In this document: piece after piece, positions 18,769-28,376 of the stretch
Layout: every line of letters starts with the position of its first letter
How positions within the stretch are numbered: position 1 is the stretch's first letter
Virus record (IMG/VR): IMGVR_UViG_3300037851_000102
Location: 1 to 64,000 of that record
Source: a virus
DNA length: 64,000 nucleotides
Direction: 5' to 3' (one strand)
Program-made: the position numbers and the translations under genes
Notes under the pieces: model-generated
The model's input: the letters and a program-made list of their open reading frames with translations, nothing else
The model's database searches: none
What the model was told of the DNA's origin: nothing

Positions 18769-19440
18769 TTACTCTCCTAAGATTGCATCCAAGTCGTCGT
18801 CAGCACTTTTTGATTTTGCAGATTTCGCCTTCGCTTTCGCAGCGGCAGCTTTCGCTTTCAAGAGTTTTGCCTCAACAACGCCTTGAGCATCCGAAGTCGT
18901 GAGCCCTTCTTTTTCGAGCTTGCGAATTTCTTTCTCTTCTTTGGCAATTGCAGATTTTTTTGGAGCCGCTTTTGGCTTTGGCGCAGATTCAGAGAAATTC
19001 TCTTCACACTTCGCTTTGAAATCGCCAGTCGCTTTGAAAGTGAAAGTCTGAGATGCAGATTTTTCTGCAACGCTATTGAAGACCGTGGTCGATAAAGTCT
19101 TCTCAAGCTCTTCAGCTTTGAACGTCGAAACGCACTGAAGAAGTTGATCGACTGTGATCGTGCCATCGTTCACAAGCTCCGCAAGTTTGTCCTTGTCGTA
19201 CTTGTAATTCGAGCGCGAAGAAAGAATGATCGAACCGTACTCGGTCTTGAACCCTTCGCCTTCAGTGATTTCGATGTCGTCACTCTTCTCAATGTAACCA
19301 AGAACTTCGGCCTTGCTCTCTTTGAAAAGATCATCGTACTTCGCAGAAAGAAACTGCTCAGTGAATGCCTTCAAAACCAGAGAATCAAACTCCGCTGGTA
19401 ACTCGACCGATTGCTTATCTGTTTTCTTCTTAATTGCCAT
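18769..19440 (-). CDS. hypothetical protein with Lys/Ala-rich tail
   Basis: RBS; KAKAAAAKAKAKSAKSK segment. Confidence 0.65.
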   Translation of the reverse strand: MAIKKKTDKQSVELPAEFDSLVLKAFTEQFLSAKYDDLFKESKAEVLGYIEKSDDIEITEGEGFKTEYGSIILSSRSNYKYDKDKLAELVNDGTITVDQLLQCVSTFKAEELEKTLSTTVFNSVAEKSASQTFTFKATGDFKAKCEENFSESAPKPKAAPKKSAIAKEEKEIRKLEKEGLTTSDAQGVVEAKLLKAKAAAAKAKAKSAKSKSADDDLDAILGE

Positions 19441-19603
19441 AAATGCTCCCTTCGTCTTCTAATTTTTGTAAACCCATTTCGATTGCTTCCAAGTGAGCAT
19501 CGGCATCTGCGGAAGCCTCAACGGATTCAAGCCAAGCCAAATAATCTGACTTGCATGATTCGCAGAGATCATCACACGAATGAACTTCTTTACATTTGCA
19601 CAT
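19430..19603 (-). CDS. 57-aa Cys-rich protein (not in ORF track)
   Basis: MCKCKEVHSCDDLCESC... starts directly after promoter copy 6 and its RBS. Confidence 0.55.
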   Translation of the reverse strand: MCKCKEVHSCDDLCESCKSDYLAWLESVEASADADAHLEAIEMGLQKLEDEGSIYGN

Positions 19604-19608
19604 TTGAA

Positions 19609-19658
19609 CTCCCTTGTTAGCCTGAATACAGTATAGTACAGCGTACTATCAAAGTCCA
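19609..19658 (-). promoter_or_regulatory. repeated early promoter + leader, copy 6
   Basis: TGGACT-17-TATACT; GGCTAACAAGGGAG. Confidence 0.75.
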
Positions 19659-19991
19659 CTAAAAACTTAAAGTCCATTTACCTCTGTAAAATTCGAGCTT
19701 TCGCGGAACCAAATTGAGACAGATCTGATCTGAGACATCGGTGTGTATTTCTTTCAAAAGAACCGTGACCGTCTTGGTCTCAAAGTCGTCGCGCTCATCA
19801 AGCTCAATTTCAAAAGTGATTTCTTGCTCAGGCACCGTGATGATGCAGGACTTGATTCCCCACTCGCGCATTTCAAATTCAACGCTCCACTTGAGCGTTA
19901 CCTTTTGTCGATAACAGCTTGAAGACTCTGACATCTCAGGAAGTCGGTCGATCAAATCAAGTTCAATGTTTGGTGTTGTGAATTCGTACAT
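19659..19991 (-). CDS. hypothetical protein
   Basis: RBS GGAG; coupled ORF. Confidence 0.6.
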   Translation of the reverse strand: MYEFTTPNIELDLIDRLPEMSESSSCYRQKVTLKWSVEFEMREWGIKSCIITVPEQEITFEIELDERDDFETKTVTVLLKEIHTDVSDQICLNLVPRKLEFYRGKWTLSF

Positions 19992-19992
19992 A

Positions 19993-20322
19993 TTATTCTC
20001 CTTCTTCCATCATGCGATCCTTCCAAGCATCGTAGGCAGCGTCAGCCGCACCTTCACAATAATCTTGATAAGCATCGTAGGCTCGTTCATGCGCAAGTTC
20101 TTCGGCTCGCTTTTCAATCTTTGCTTGCTCTTCTTTTGGGAAGTCTTCGAGCTTGCGCTCGCAATTGGCCGTGTTGTCGAAGATCGATTCGATCTCCCAA
20201 TTGTAATCATCTTCGCAATACGCAGTGACATCGACAGAGACTTCAATCTCGTTGCAAAGATCGTCAGTTGAAAAATGATCTGAATCGAATTTGAATTCGT
20301 ATGTTGACATATTATTCTCCAA
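19993..20322 (-). CDS. acidic hypothetical protein
   Basis: Very D/E-rich ORF with RBS. Confidence 0.6.
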   Translation of the reverse strand: MENNMSTYEFKFDSDHFSTDDLCNEIEVSVDVTAYCEDDYNWEIESIFDNTANCERKLEDFPKEEQAKIEKRAEELAHERAYDAYQDYCEGAADAAYDAWKDRMMEEGE

Positions 20323-20860
20323 TCGCTTTCAGAGCTTCAGAGAAACTCTTTGGTTGTTCGACTTCGCGGCCATAGACTTTTGCTATGGCCTTTTCAATCA
20401 CCGATTTTGGTGCAGGAGTTTGATCTGAATCATATTCAAGAGCGTCCGAAGCCTCATTGCGTGGAACGCCTTGAGCCTTGAGATCAGTAAAAATGCGAAC
20501 GAGATTGTGCCAGTGTTCGCGAGAAACACGCTCTTCAGCCGCAGGAGCAGGACGCTCAGATCGACAGCCATGATAAGAGCCATCGACGTTCAACAACTGC
20601 CAACGACCGCCTTCGCGTGTCCACTTCACTGATTCAGAGCCACAGTATTTACAAGTCGCCTTTTTGCGTGTGCCTGACTTCGACGTAGAAGTTGAAGCCA
20701 CAAAAGCAGGACGCGCTGGACGTGAAGAAGGATAGACAAGATCGGCCAATTGTTCAGCCGTGATCTCGCCATCGAAGCCTTCGTTGACTTCATAAGTATG
20801 CTCGATCTTCTCTTGAATTCGAGCGATACAGATTGCAAGTGCTTGGGTTTTCACTGACAT
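20312..20860 (-). CDS. zinc-ribbon protein with C-terminal tag variant (FSEALKAIGE)
   Basis: CKYCG...W...H.C; follows promoter copy 7. Confidence 0.65.
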   Translation of the reverse strand: MSVKTQALAICIARIQEKIEHTYEVNEGFDGEITAEQLADLVYPSSRPARPAFVASTSTSKSGTRKKATCKYCGSESVKWTREGGRWQLLNVDGSYHGCRSERPAPAAEERVSREHWHNLVRIFTDLKAQGVPRNEASDALEYDSDQTPAPKSVIEKAIAKVYGREVEQPKSFSEALKAIGE

Positions 20861-20866
20861 AGTATT

Positions 20867-20916
20867 CTCCTTGTTAGCCTGAATACAGTGTATTACAGTG
20901 TATTCTCAAAGTCAAG
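20867..20916 (-). promoter_or_regulatory. repeated early promoter + leader, copy 7
   Basis: TTGACT-17-TACACT; GGCTAACAAGGAG. Confidence 0.85.
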
Positions 20917-20932
20917 GAGAAATGAAATTGTC

Positions 20933-21931
20933 TTAAAGCGGGATGGCCGAATCGATAAGTGCGCGAAGTTTCTTGGACTTGTATTGATATGAGCCAGGGT
21001 CTTTTTCATCTGGCAGCTTAACGCCTTTGACCTTGAACCCTGCGGCCTTCAAAAGATCGGCAGCTTGAACCACGCTCGGCGGAGTCTTCTTGCCTCTGCG
21101 AACTCTTGCATCTGTCCACGCATCGCGATCCCAAAGCATCACAATGGTCTTGGCCTTTGTCTTTGTCAGCCACTCCACTTGTTGACCGTGAAGCCTCTTG
21201 CCGTTTGTTGCGACGGCATCTGCGCCGACCTTGGCGCAATCCATGAATCCTTCCGTGATGATGATTGTTTCAAATTCTTTTGCAGAATCATAATTGTAAA
21301 GAATCGGACGGTTTGAAACGCCTTTTGGATTGAGAACCTTTTTAAAATCCTTGTTCTCAGGCTCGTCCCATGTGGCTCGCGCTTGCCAGAATACCAGCCG
21401 CCCGTTCATGAATGTTGGAACAATGATGCGATCCTTCGTGAATCCTGCATCTGAAACTCCCCAATCATGTTTGGCGGCGTACTGCCAAGGAATTCCGCGC
21501 TTCTCAAGATACGGGTGAGGACTTTCAATTGGATTGAATCCATAAGGAAGCTCAACGTCCACCAAGAGATGCTCATCATCATCGTGTGGGTCAGGTTCAT
21601 CGATAACCAGCCGAAGATTCAAGTGCTGGAGCGGATCCAGTGCTTTGCCCTTTAAGAGCTTCACGGCATCTTCAAAAGAAGATTTTGCAAGAGTCTGCAC
21701 CAATCGAATTGTCGATCCAGACCAATCGCAACGGTAACAAATAAACGCTCCCTCTTTAAGATTCAGCCACAGTTTTTTGTGCGTATCTTCAGAGGGCTCA
21801 CCGCGCCTGTGGCACATTGGACAGTTCATGGCGTATTCAATATGATCGACGGCATCGTGAACCTTAAACTGCACGTCGCAATCACCTAAAAACTTATCAA
21901 GATCAAAATTAGGGAATCGATCCAAGCTCAT
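20933..21931 (-). CDS. DNA primase (zinc-binding domain + TOPRIM)
   Basis: CPMC...CYRC, YLEKRGI, IITEGFMD, WDRD, KDPG. Confidence 0.88.
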   Translation of the reverse strand: MSLDRFPNFDLDKFLGDCDVQFKVHDAVDHIEYAMNCPMCHRRGEPSEDTHKKLWLNLKEGAFICYRCDWSGSTIRLVQTLAKSSFEDAVKLLKGKALDPLQHLNLRLVIDEPDPHDDDEHLLVDVELPYGFNPIESPHPYLEKRGIPWQYAAKHDWGVSDAGFTKDRIIVPTFMNGRLVFWQARATWDEPENKDFKKVLNPKGVSNRPILYNYDSAKEFETIIITEGFMDCAKVGADAVATNGKRLHGQQVEWLTKTKAKTIVMLWDRDAWTDARVRRGKKTPPSVVQAADLLKAAGFKVKGVKLPDEKDPGSYQYKSKKLRALIDSAIPL

Positions 21932-23289
21932 AATCTTTTTTTCTTATCCATCCACTCAAAGTGATCGTGCTTCCAATCTTTCTCGCCATACAGAGGAGAG
22001 TAAAAAATCATTCGCTCGTAGTTTGTAATCAGAGTCATCGTTTGATCGGTATCGTTTGATCGATAAATATCAACGTGAAATCTCAAAATGCCGTTCGCCT
22101 TCTCCGCTGGAGTTTGGTTCAGCGTTGCAACGAGATCCGCGATTCTGACTTTTTCATAAGATTCAGAAATATCTTTCGCACGAAGAAGATAAGTATCATC
22201 TGGTTCTTTCGATGGTCGTTGCGCCTGCGAAGCTGTCCAGATGGCGTAATTGCCCATCACTGCGAGCTTCTTCACATTCCTGTAAACTTCCGTTTGATCG
22301 TGTCGCTTCTCCAGATTTGAATCGCCAGATTTCAAAAGATCCGCGTAGTCAATCACCACAAGATCAGGATTGCGGCCAACAGCCTTGAGTTCTTTGATTT
22401 TGGATTCGATATCAAACACCGTGTAGTTCCAGTGCTTGTTCATTGGAATGAGATCCAAGCGATCTTTCATCTTCTTGGTCATCCTGTTGATCTTCTCCTG
22501 CTCCTCTTTTGTGATCTCATCTTTTTCAAGTCGAGCGTATTCAATGTTGGTGAGCCTTGAAAGATAACGAAGAACAGTCTGCTCGGTCGTGCCCTCAAGA
22601 ACGAAGTGAGCAATGCGGCCAAAGCCAGAAGTGAGAGCAGAGGCTCCCATGTGGATCAGACCAATAGATTTACCCTTCTTGGGCTCGGCTAATAAAATTC
22701 CAAGCTCGCCCTTTGTGATTCCACCGCGCAGAATTTTATCAAGCGTTGGAATTAAAGTTGGAATCTGAATCGAGTGCTTCATTGAATCTGCAACAAAGGT
22801 CTGACGGATCTCTTCAAAATTCTGAACTGGAATGATGGCATCATCTTCAAAAGAAATTGTGTAAAGCTCGTTTATGCCTTCCATCGCACACTCGTAGGCT
22901 TTGCCATGTTGTTTGGCGTTCCAGAATGTTTGAGCCGTCATGAAAACATCAACGAACGCACATTTCTTGGCGTACTCGGTAAGTTTCTCTTTCATGAAAT
23001 CTGGATTCTCAACACGAAGCTCAGAAACTTTCTTGGCGTAGGCTTTAATCAGGCGACGCTTGGATCGATCAACCGTCTTCAGGCGATCTTCAATTTCAAC
23101 AAACGTGAGAAGCTCGTTCTTTTTCAGATTCTCTTTGATTTGCTCAAAGACATATTTGTGAGCTTCTGAATAAAGTCGTTCAACTGGAATGTAATCTGAA
23201 ACTTTTTTAGCAAAAGAAAAATCTCGCAGCATAAGCGAGATCATTTGATCTTGGAACTCCTGCCCAAATGAAAACTCTATCTTGCTCAT
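21928..23289 (-). CDS. replicative SF4 helicase (DnaB/T4 gp41-like)
   Basis: AEPKKGKS Walker A, LEG, VVIDYADLL, WTASQ, ISESYEK. Confidence 0.88.
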   Translation of the reverse strand: MSKIEFSFGQEFQDQMISLMLRDFSFAKKVSDYIPVERLYSEAHKYVFEQIKENLKKNELLTFVEIEDRLKTVDRSKRRLIKAYAKKVSELRVENPDFMKEKLTEYAKKCAFVDVFMTAQTFWNAKQHGKAYECAMEGINELYTISFEDDAIIPVQNFEEIRQTFVADSMKHSIQIPTLIPTLDKILRGGITKGELGILLAEPKKGKSIGLIHMGASALTSGFGRIAHFVLEGTTEQTVLRYLSRLTNIEYARLEKDEITKEEQEKINRMTKKMKDRLDLIPMNKHWNYTVFDIESKIKELKAVGRNPDLVVIDYADLLKSGDSNLEKRHDQTEVYRNVKKLAVMGNYAIWTASQAQRPSKEPDDTYLLRAKDISESYEKVRIADLVATLNQTPAEKANGILRFHVDIYRSNDTDQTMTLITNYERMIFYSPLYGEKDWKHDHFEWMDKKKRL

Positions 23290-23819
23290 TCTCTTCTCCG
23301 CATCGCCGCTTGTTCTTCATACTCTTCGCGGTCAAGATCAGAGAGAACGGCATCATGAAAGTGATCATAGGCATCTTCTCCATAAAGAATGATTGCGTTG
23401 TAGCCTGGACGAACCCTGCGCTTCTCGTACATTTTATGAATGCAACCAATTAAGATGTAGAGCTTGAGCCCCAATTCTTGAGCAAAGATGATTGAATTCT
23501 CGATCATGGTTAATTGGCCTTTGTTCTTCGGCCAAATTGGATCAAGGTTTAAATATCTCAATCGATGCTCGTTCCAGAATTCCATAAACTTTCTGACACC
23601 CTTCATGCGCTCATCTTTTTCGATGGCTTCACGAATTTTGTCTTCAGCCTTGGCCTTCTTTTTTGGATCAACTGGAGCATTGATTAAAGATTGCGAGACA
23701 ATTTTTTCTGCTATTCGTGCGAACTTTCGAGCCACTTGTGCCGAAGCTGCATCTGCGTTAAATTCCTTGTCAGGTTCTCTTCGAGTGATAAGTATTTCTG
23801 ACAGATGTGGTGCAAACAT
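23286..23819 (-). CDS. hypothetical replication-associated protein
   Basis: Coupled to the helicase gene. Confidence 0.55.
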   Translation of the reverse strand: MFAPHLSEILITRREPDKEFNADAASAQVARKFARIAEKIVSQSLINAPVDPKKKAKAEDKIREAIEKDERMKGVRKFMEFWNEHRLRYLNLDPIWPKNKGQLTMIENSIIFAQELGLKLYILIGCIHKMYEKRRVRPGYNAIILYGEDAYDHFHDAVLSDLDREEYEEQAAMRRRE

Positions 23820-24301
23820 GATTCAACCCCTCTGCGAGTCAGACCCAAGGATTTCTGAATCTCGCCCAAACTAAAATCTTGAACAAAGCGCATATCAAAA
23901 ACTGCAAACTCTTCGTCCGTTAAAACTGCCTTCATTGAGAGCAGGAATTCTAAATCGTGAATTTCTTGGGACTCCGCTATCGGAGCATCTTCTTCACAAT
24001 CAGTGAGTTCGGACAGGACACCGCGCTTGTTCGCCGAAGATTTGTCGTAAAGATGTCCAAGGTGCCATTTTACCGAACTCGTAATCCAAGTTGATAATTT
24101 GACCTTGCGATCTTCATCGAAATCTCCAATAGCCTTCCACGCAGCAATTCGCGCTTCGTTTAAAAGATCATCGCGTTGATCGTTGAGCTTGCCTTCAAAA
24201 GAATGATTCTTTAGAAACTCCCCAACAAGATACTGCAATAATGTGTTGAAATCGTCGATGTTGCTTGTCACTGTCCCCTCACAGAACGACAAGCCTTGCA
24301 A
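23711..24301 (-). CDS. phage RNA polymerase sigma factor (sigma70 family; start possibly 24271)
   Basis: Region 2 DDLLNEARIAAWKAIGDFD...LSTWI and region 4 LTDEEFAVF.MRF...SLGEI...LGLTR. Confidence 0.78.
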   Translation of the reverse strand: MQGLSFCEGTVTSNIDDFNTLLQYLVGEFLKNHSFEGKLNDQRDDLLNEARIAAWKAIGDFDEDRKVKLSTWITSSVKWHLGHLYDKSSANKRGVLSELTDCEEDAPIAESQEIHDLEFLLSMKAVLTDEEFAVFDMRFVQDFSLGEIQKSLGLTRRGVESCLHHICQKYLSLEENLTRNLTQMQLRHKWLESSHE

Positions 24302-24336
24302 AAAAAATACAATGTTTCAAGGATCAAATTCCAAGT

Positions 24337-25707
24337 TTAGAACTTGGCTCGGCGCACCTGGATTTTGAAAGCACTCTCGCGGCGATAGGTGTTAAGACGC
24401 TCAACGCTATGATCCTCAAGGTTTTTGTGGCCGACAAAAAAGAAATCAAACACTTCTGCTTTATCCTTGCCTTCGGTCTTTCGCAGTGCGCGACCAATGC
24501 CCTGAAAGGTTTGAATTTCAGTTTTTTGAAATCTGGCGTTTATTAAGGCATCGATGGATGGAATGTCTTGGCCTTCACCAAAAATGTTTGTTGCGATAAT
24601 GCACTTCACTTTTCTTTGGATGAACGCTCGCTTCACTTTCTCGCGATGATCTCTTCCGTCTGAACCGCTCAAATAATAGGCATCTGGAATCAATCGGTGA
24701 AGAAGCTCGCCGTGTTCTTTGAGTCTGACAAGAACGAGCGTTTGCTTGCCTTCTTTGATTTTTTGATTGGCGATGGCCGCGATCCCTGTGTTGATTTTTG
24801 CATCAATGGTGCAGAATTTGTACGCATCTTGATATCGCATACGCATTCTTTTGCCAGCATTGGATTCCCTGAGATCGTAATGAAAGATCGTGATGTAGGG
24901 ACGAACAAGATAACCTTCTTCGATCAATTCGCTCGTTGATTTCTTAAACAGCACGTTTGAAAGAACGCCCAGCATCTCCATGTCAGATCCATCGGGACGA
25001 ACGAAGGTGCCCGTAAATCCATACCTGTAGTATGCGTTTGAGCAATTGTTGTTGATGTCTTTGTATGTGTCGGCAGCGGCATGATGAAATTCATCGATCA
25101 TGAGCATTTCAAATCGCTTGAAATCTTCTTTGGGCTTTTTCTGAATCGCTTGAATGTTGCTGATAATGATCGGGCAATCGTCTGTAAGTTTATTACCGAT
25201 TTTGCGATGGCCGAACCAATTTCTGTAATCTTCTGTCAATTGTTCGCGAAGTCCTGTGTCTGGAACCACGATCAAAGTCGGAACCTGTTTTAGCTCAACG
25301 ATTAACGCACTCGTCAAACTTTTGCCCGCTCCAGTGCCCATCACAAAAACGCCACGCGGAAGCTCTTCGGCCTTTGATCTTGCTGTGAGTTGGTAATTTC
25401 GTGGTGCCCATCCATGCGGGAGAGTCAGTTTAAGGCTCAAGGATGGCTTTGGAACGTATCTTTGGTCTTCAAGGGTCATCTTCATACCCTTGGCATCGAG
25501 AAACGTCTTTAAATGCCCTATAAGCCCTGTTGGGAAGAACCCTTCCCGATTCATCAACTTGATCGTTCCGTCCCAATACGGGCTCGCTGCGGTGGCAAAT
25601 TCAGCCCCTTTAACCTTGTAGCTCATGTGAGCGCGAGCTTCTTGCAAAAGTTCATACCCGCACTCAAGCTGTGAACGCGCATTGTTAGAAATAACTTTGA
25701 CCATCAT
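24337..25707 (-). CDS. superfamily 2 helicase (UvsW-like)
   Basis: GTGAGKS, IDEFHH, GFTGT, GEGQDIP, QGIGRALR. Confidence 0.9.
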   Translation of the reverse strand: MMVKVISNNARSQLECGYELLQEARAHMSYKVKGAEFATAASPYWDGTIKLMNREGFFPTGLIGHLKTFLDAKGMKMTLEDQRYVPKPSLSLKLTLPHGWAPRNYQLTARSKAEELPRGVFVMGTGAGKSLTSALIVELKQVPTLIVVPDTGLREQLTEDYRNWFGHRKIGNKLTDDCPIIISNIQAIQKKPKEDFKRFEMLMIDEFHHAAADTYKDINNNCSNAYYRYGFTGTFVRPDGSDMEMLGVLSNVLFKKSTSELIEEGYLVRPYITIFHYDLRESNAGKRMRMRYQDAYKFCTIDAKINTGIAAIANQKIKEGKQTLVLVRLKEHGELLHRLIPDAYYLSGSDGRDHREKVKRAFIQRKVKCIIATNIFGEGQDIPSIDALINARFQKTEIQTFQGIGRALRKTEGKDKAEVFDFFFVGHKNLEDHSVERLNTYRRESAFKIQVRRAKF

Positions 25708-25904
25708 ACCGATTCAATCCTCACCCTAATGCACTGATCTGTTAAAACCAGATCGAACGTCGCCATCTTCGGATCGTGGACATTGGTCTCTTCGTTTGAG
25801 CGAAGTTCATACGACGCACCCTTGGATACGGCCTCATTGCACAGAAGGTTCGCAACATCTTTGCCCAATTGTTTGATGTCGAGCTTGAATGGATCTTCGC
25901 TCAC
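25704..25904 (-). CDS. hypothetical protein
   Basis: Coupled ORF. Confidence 0.5.
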   Translation of the reverse strand: MSEDPFKLDIKQLGKDVANLLCNEAVSKGASYELRSNEETNVHDPKMATFDLVLTDQCIRVRIESV

Positions 25905-26119
25905 TGAGCTTTGCCTTTGTAAATTACGCGATAAGCGGTCTTCTCATCGTTGTGTGAAAACTCGAACATTTCAGTGTTTTCAAAATCTGATTCTTGGAAC
26001 TCAAGATTGTGACGTGCTTTGAACCTTGCTTGAAGAAACTGGAAGGGTCTCCATCCGTTCTTGCTTGCGATGTCTGCTTCTGTGTCTGTGACGATGATTT
26101 CGATAGGTTCTTGATTCAT
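25901..26119 (-). CDS. hypothetical protein
   Basis: GGGGACAGC leader directly before the ATG. Confidence 0.6.
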   Translation of the reverse strand: MNQEPIEIIVTDTEADIASKNGWRPFQFLQARFKARHNLEFQESDFENTEMFEFSHNDEKTAYRVIYKGKAQ

Positions 26120-26918
26120 GCTGTCCCCTTGTAACTTCGACGTAGAAGTTCTCGTATGCGTTGGATCTTGTCAATGTTTCAGCGTGTGTTCTCGTATTCT
26201 GTTGTGTTGCTGTGTATTATTGAGTTGATTTTTACTGTGTTTCTTATTTTTGAGCGTAGGAAGCCCTTCTCCACACACCCTCATAGAGCCGCACGTGGCA
26301 GCGTGAGAACGCATCGAGCTTCCGCATTTATGAAACATCCATAAGAGTTACTTATGAAAGAATCATTCATGAAGAACTAGAGAACACAAAGCAAGATTGA
26401 GTAGCATTCAACACCCATCTGCGAGAGTCACCAACAGCGAATCCATGCTGCTCAACCCTCTCGCTCCCTAAGCCTAAGATGGCTTTGTTCATAGGGATAG
26501 TCCTCATGGTTCACATGAGGCGGGTCTTATCTTGAAGCAAATTGAAAAAGTACAAGCAGATCACTTCTTGGGTCTCATCCCAATCATGTCCTAACAGCGT
26601 GTTTGCTTTCTCTACTCTTGCGTTTTCTATCAGGGAGATTTTTTTAAGATCATAAACAAGGCTCAACGCACGGCTATGGCTTTTACTTTCAATTTCACTC
26701 GCCTGAGTCTGAGTCACTTGCTCCCCTTGCACCGTGGGGCGGATTAGGCGATTGATTCAGCAATCTATTCCTGTGTTCACTGTCCCCAAGTATTTGCTCA
26801 CGGATTCTGAGCTATTCCCGATTTTTAAGAGCTTACGAGAAATCCTCTTTGTTTAGGATTGGAACCGTATGCCTTTTGGTTTTGTTTGACAAGAGGGTTT
26901 GATGGATCAAGGCAGCAA

Positions 26919-26959
26919 TGTGGATATGTGGATAACTTTGTGGATAACTTTGTGGATAA
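26919..26959. repeat. tandem DnaA boxes (candidate replication origin)
   Basis: TGTGGATAA (reverse complement of TTATCCACA) at 26927, 26939 and 26951, plus a 1-mismatch copy at 26919, at the strand-switch point. Confidence 0.75.
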
Positions 26960-27064
26960 CTCATGAAACTGGTGCGTAGAGTACGACAGCGGCACTTCAA
27001 CCCCCAAATTTAAAGGTGACAATGTGGTAAAAAGATGCGATTTCGTAAACTTCAGGGGACAGTG

Positions 27065-27610
27065 ATGCGTGTACTTAAAATTTATACAGATGGTTCTTGC
27101 TTCCCAAATCCAGGCAGAGGTGGATGGGCTTTTGTTGTTGTTGAGAACGATCAAAAGATCTCTCAACACGTTGGCGGAGAATCACACACAACAAATAATC
27201 GCATGGAGTACATGGCGCTCATTCAAGCCATTGAACTCTATGCAGATCACGGAAGACTTATCATTCACACGGATTCAATGCTTCTTGTGAATACCTACAA
27301 CCGATGGATTGGAGCGTGGGCGAATCGTGATTGGATGCGAAGAGAAGATGGCGAACTTGTAGAAATCAAAAATGTGGATCTTGTGAAACGCATTTATGAA
27401 CTTAAAAAACTTCACAAATCCAAAATCGCCGTTCACTGGATTAAGGGACACGCGGGCAATAAGTGGAATGAAATGGCTGACGTGATGGCTGTGAACGCTA
27501 AAAATGCTCAACCCTATGTCTATCGCCCAAAACCTGAGAAGCCAAAACCAGAATTTAAACCCGTCGTAAAACTTCGACGTAGAAGTTCCCATGTCGAAAA
27601 CAATTCCTGA
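27065..27610 (+). CDS. rnhA: ribonuclease HI
   Basis: IYTDGSC..NPG.GGW, TTNNRME, TDS, KNVDL, WIKGHAG..NE.AD. Confidence 0.92.
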   Translation: MRVLKIYTDGSCFPNPGRGGWAFVVVENDQKISQHVGGESHTTNNRMEYMALIQAIELYADHGRLIIHTDSMLLVNTYNRWIGAWANRDWMRREDGELVEIKNVDLVKRIYELKKLHKSKIAVHWIKGHAGNKWNEMADVMAVNAKNAQPYVYRPKPEKPKPEFKPVVKLRRRSSHVENNS

Positions 27611-28193
27611 GTTTGCAAAAGAACTCGCTAAAAAATTAGAACTCGAAATGATCGGCAAAGATCCAAAGCACAAAGATGCAACGATGCGATCTCTTTCAGA
27701 TATCGTTTCACGATCTGCAAAATCAGATTCAGATCTCACAGATGCCCTTGGTTACATCGCAGGAATGGATAACGATCTTTACTGGAAGCTCGATGATGAT
27801 TTCAAACCTGTCAGAGCCAAAAGAGATGAAGGCATCGCTGCACTTGAAGGCGATCAGCGAATCATGGCGAAAACAATTTGGAAGCAAGGCGTTACAGTTT
27901 CATCTGTTTTTTTGGCAATCGATCACTCGTTCAAAAAGGGCTCAGAGCCCATACTTTTTGAGACCATGATCTTTGATGATATGGGAATTCTTGGTGATGA
28001 ATTCAAAGATTGGCAAGAACGAAATTCAAGCCATGAAGGACTTATAAGCACACACTTCAAAGCTGTGAATCTCATTCGGCACAAGCTCGGCGAAGAGGCG
28101 ATGGAGCATTTTCTGAGAGAGAAGCCGAACGCGATCAATGCAGAGCAAATCGCCAGTGCCAAAGCATTTGCGACGGCGCTTAAAAACTTGTGA
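27591..28193 (+). CDS. conserved phage protein with C-terminal tag (FATALKNL)
   Basis: VSSVFLAIDHSF...PILFETMIF motif; terminal tag. Confidence 0.7.
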   Translation: MSKTIPEFAKELAKKLELEMIGKDPKHKDATMRSLSDIVSRSAKSDSDLTDALGYIAGMDNDLYWKLDDDFKPVRAKRDEGIAALEGDQRIMAKTIWKQGVTVSSVFLAIDHSFKKGSEPILFETMIFDDMGILGDEFKDWQERNSSHEGLISTHFKAVNLIRHKLGEEAMEHFLREKPNAINAEQIASAKAFATALKNL

Positions 28194-28236
28194 TTTTATT
28201 CTTGCGATGTTGGATCTCTTCTGCCATTCTTGTTTT

Positions 28237-28340
28237 CGTTCTTCTCCTGCCAAAAAATTAAGTCGCTGTCCCACAGTAAATTTAGTTCAATAACAGGAGA
28301 GTTCTTAAAGCCAACCCTAAAAAGTTGGCTTTAATTTTTT
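28237..28340 (+). ncRNA. candidate antisense sRNA-2 (targets GGGACAGC leaders), including its terminator
   Basis: TTGCGA-17-CATTCT promoter (28202-28230) with extended -10 TG; stem TCTCCTG/CAGGAGA; loop CAAAAAATTaagTCGCTGTCCC; terminator TTAAAGCCAAC/GTTGGCTTTAA plus T-run. Confidence 0.55.
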
Positions 28341-28376
28341 CTTGCGCCTGTAAATCTTTCATGCTCATATTACAAC

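Noticed and set aside
9846-20916. CRISPR array from the repeated ~50-bp element
   Set aside because: Copies are kilobases apart, precede start codons and contain -35/-10/RBS; they are promoters
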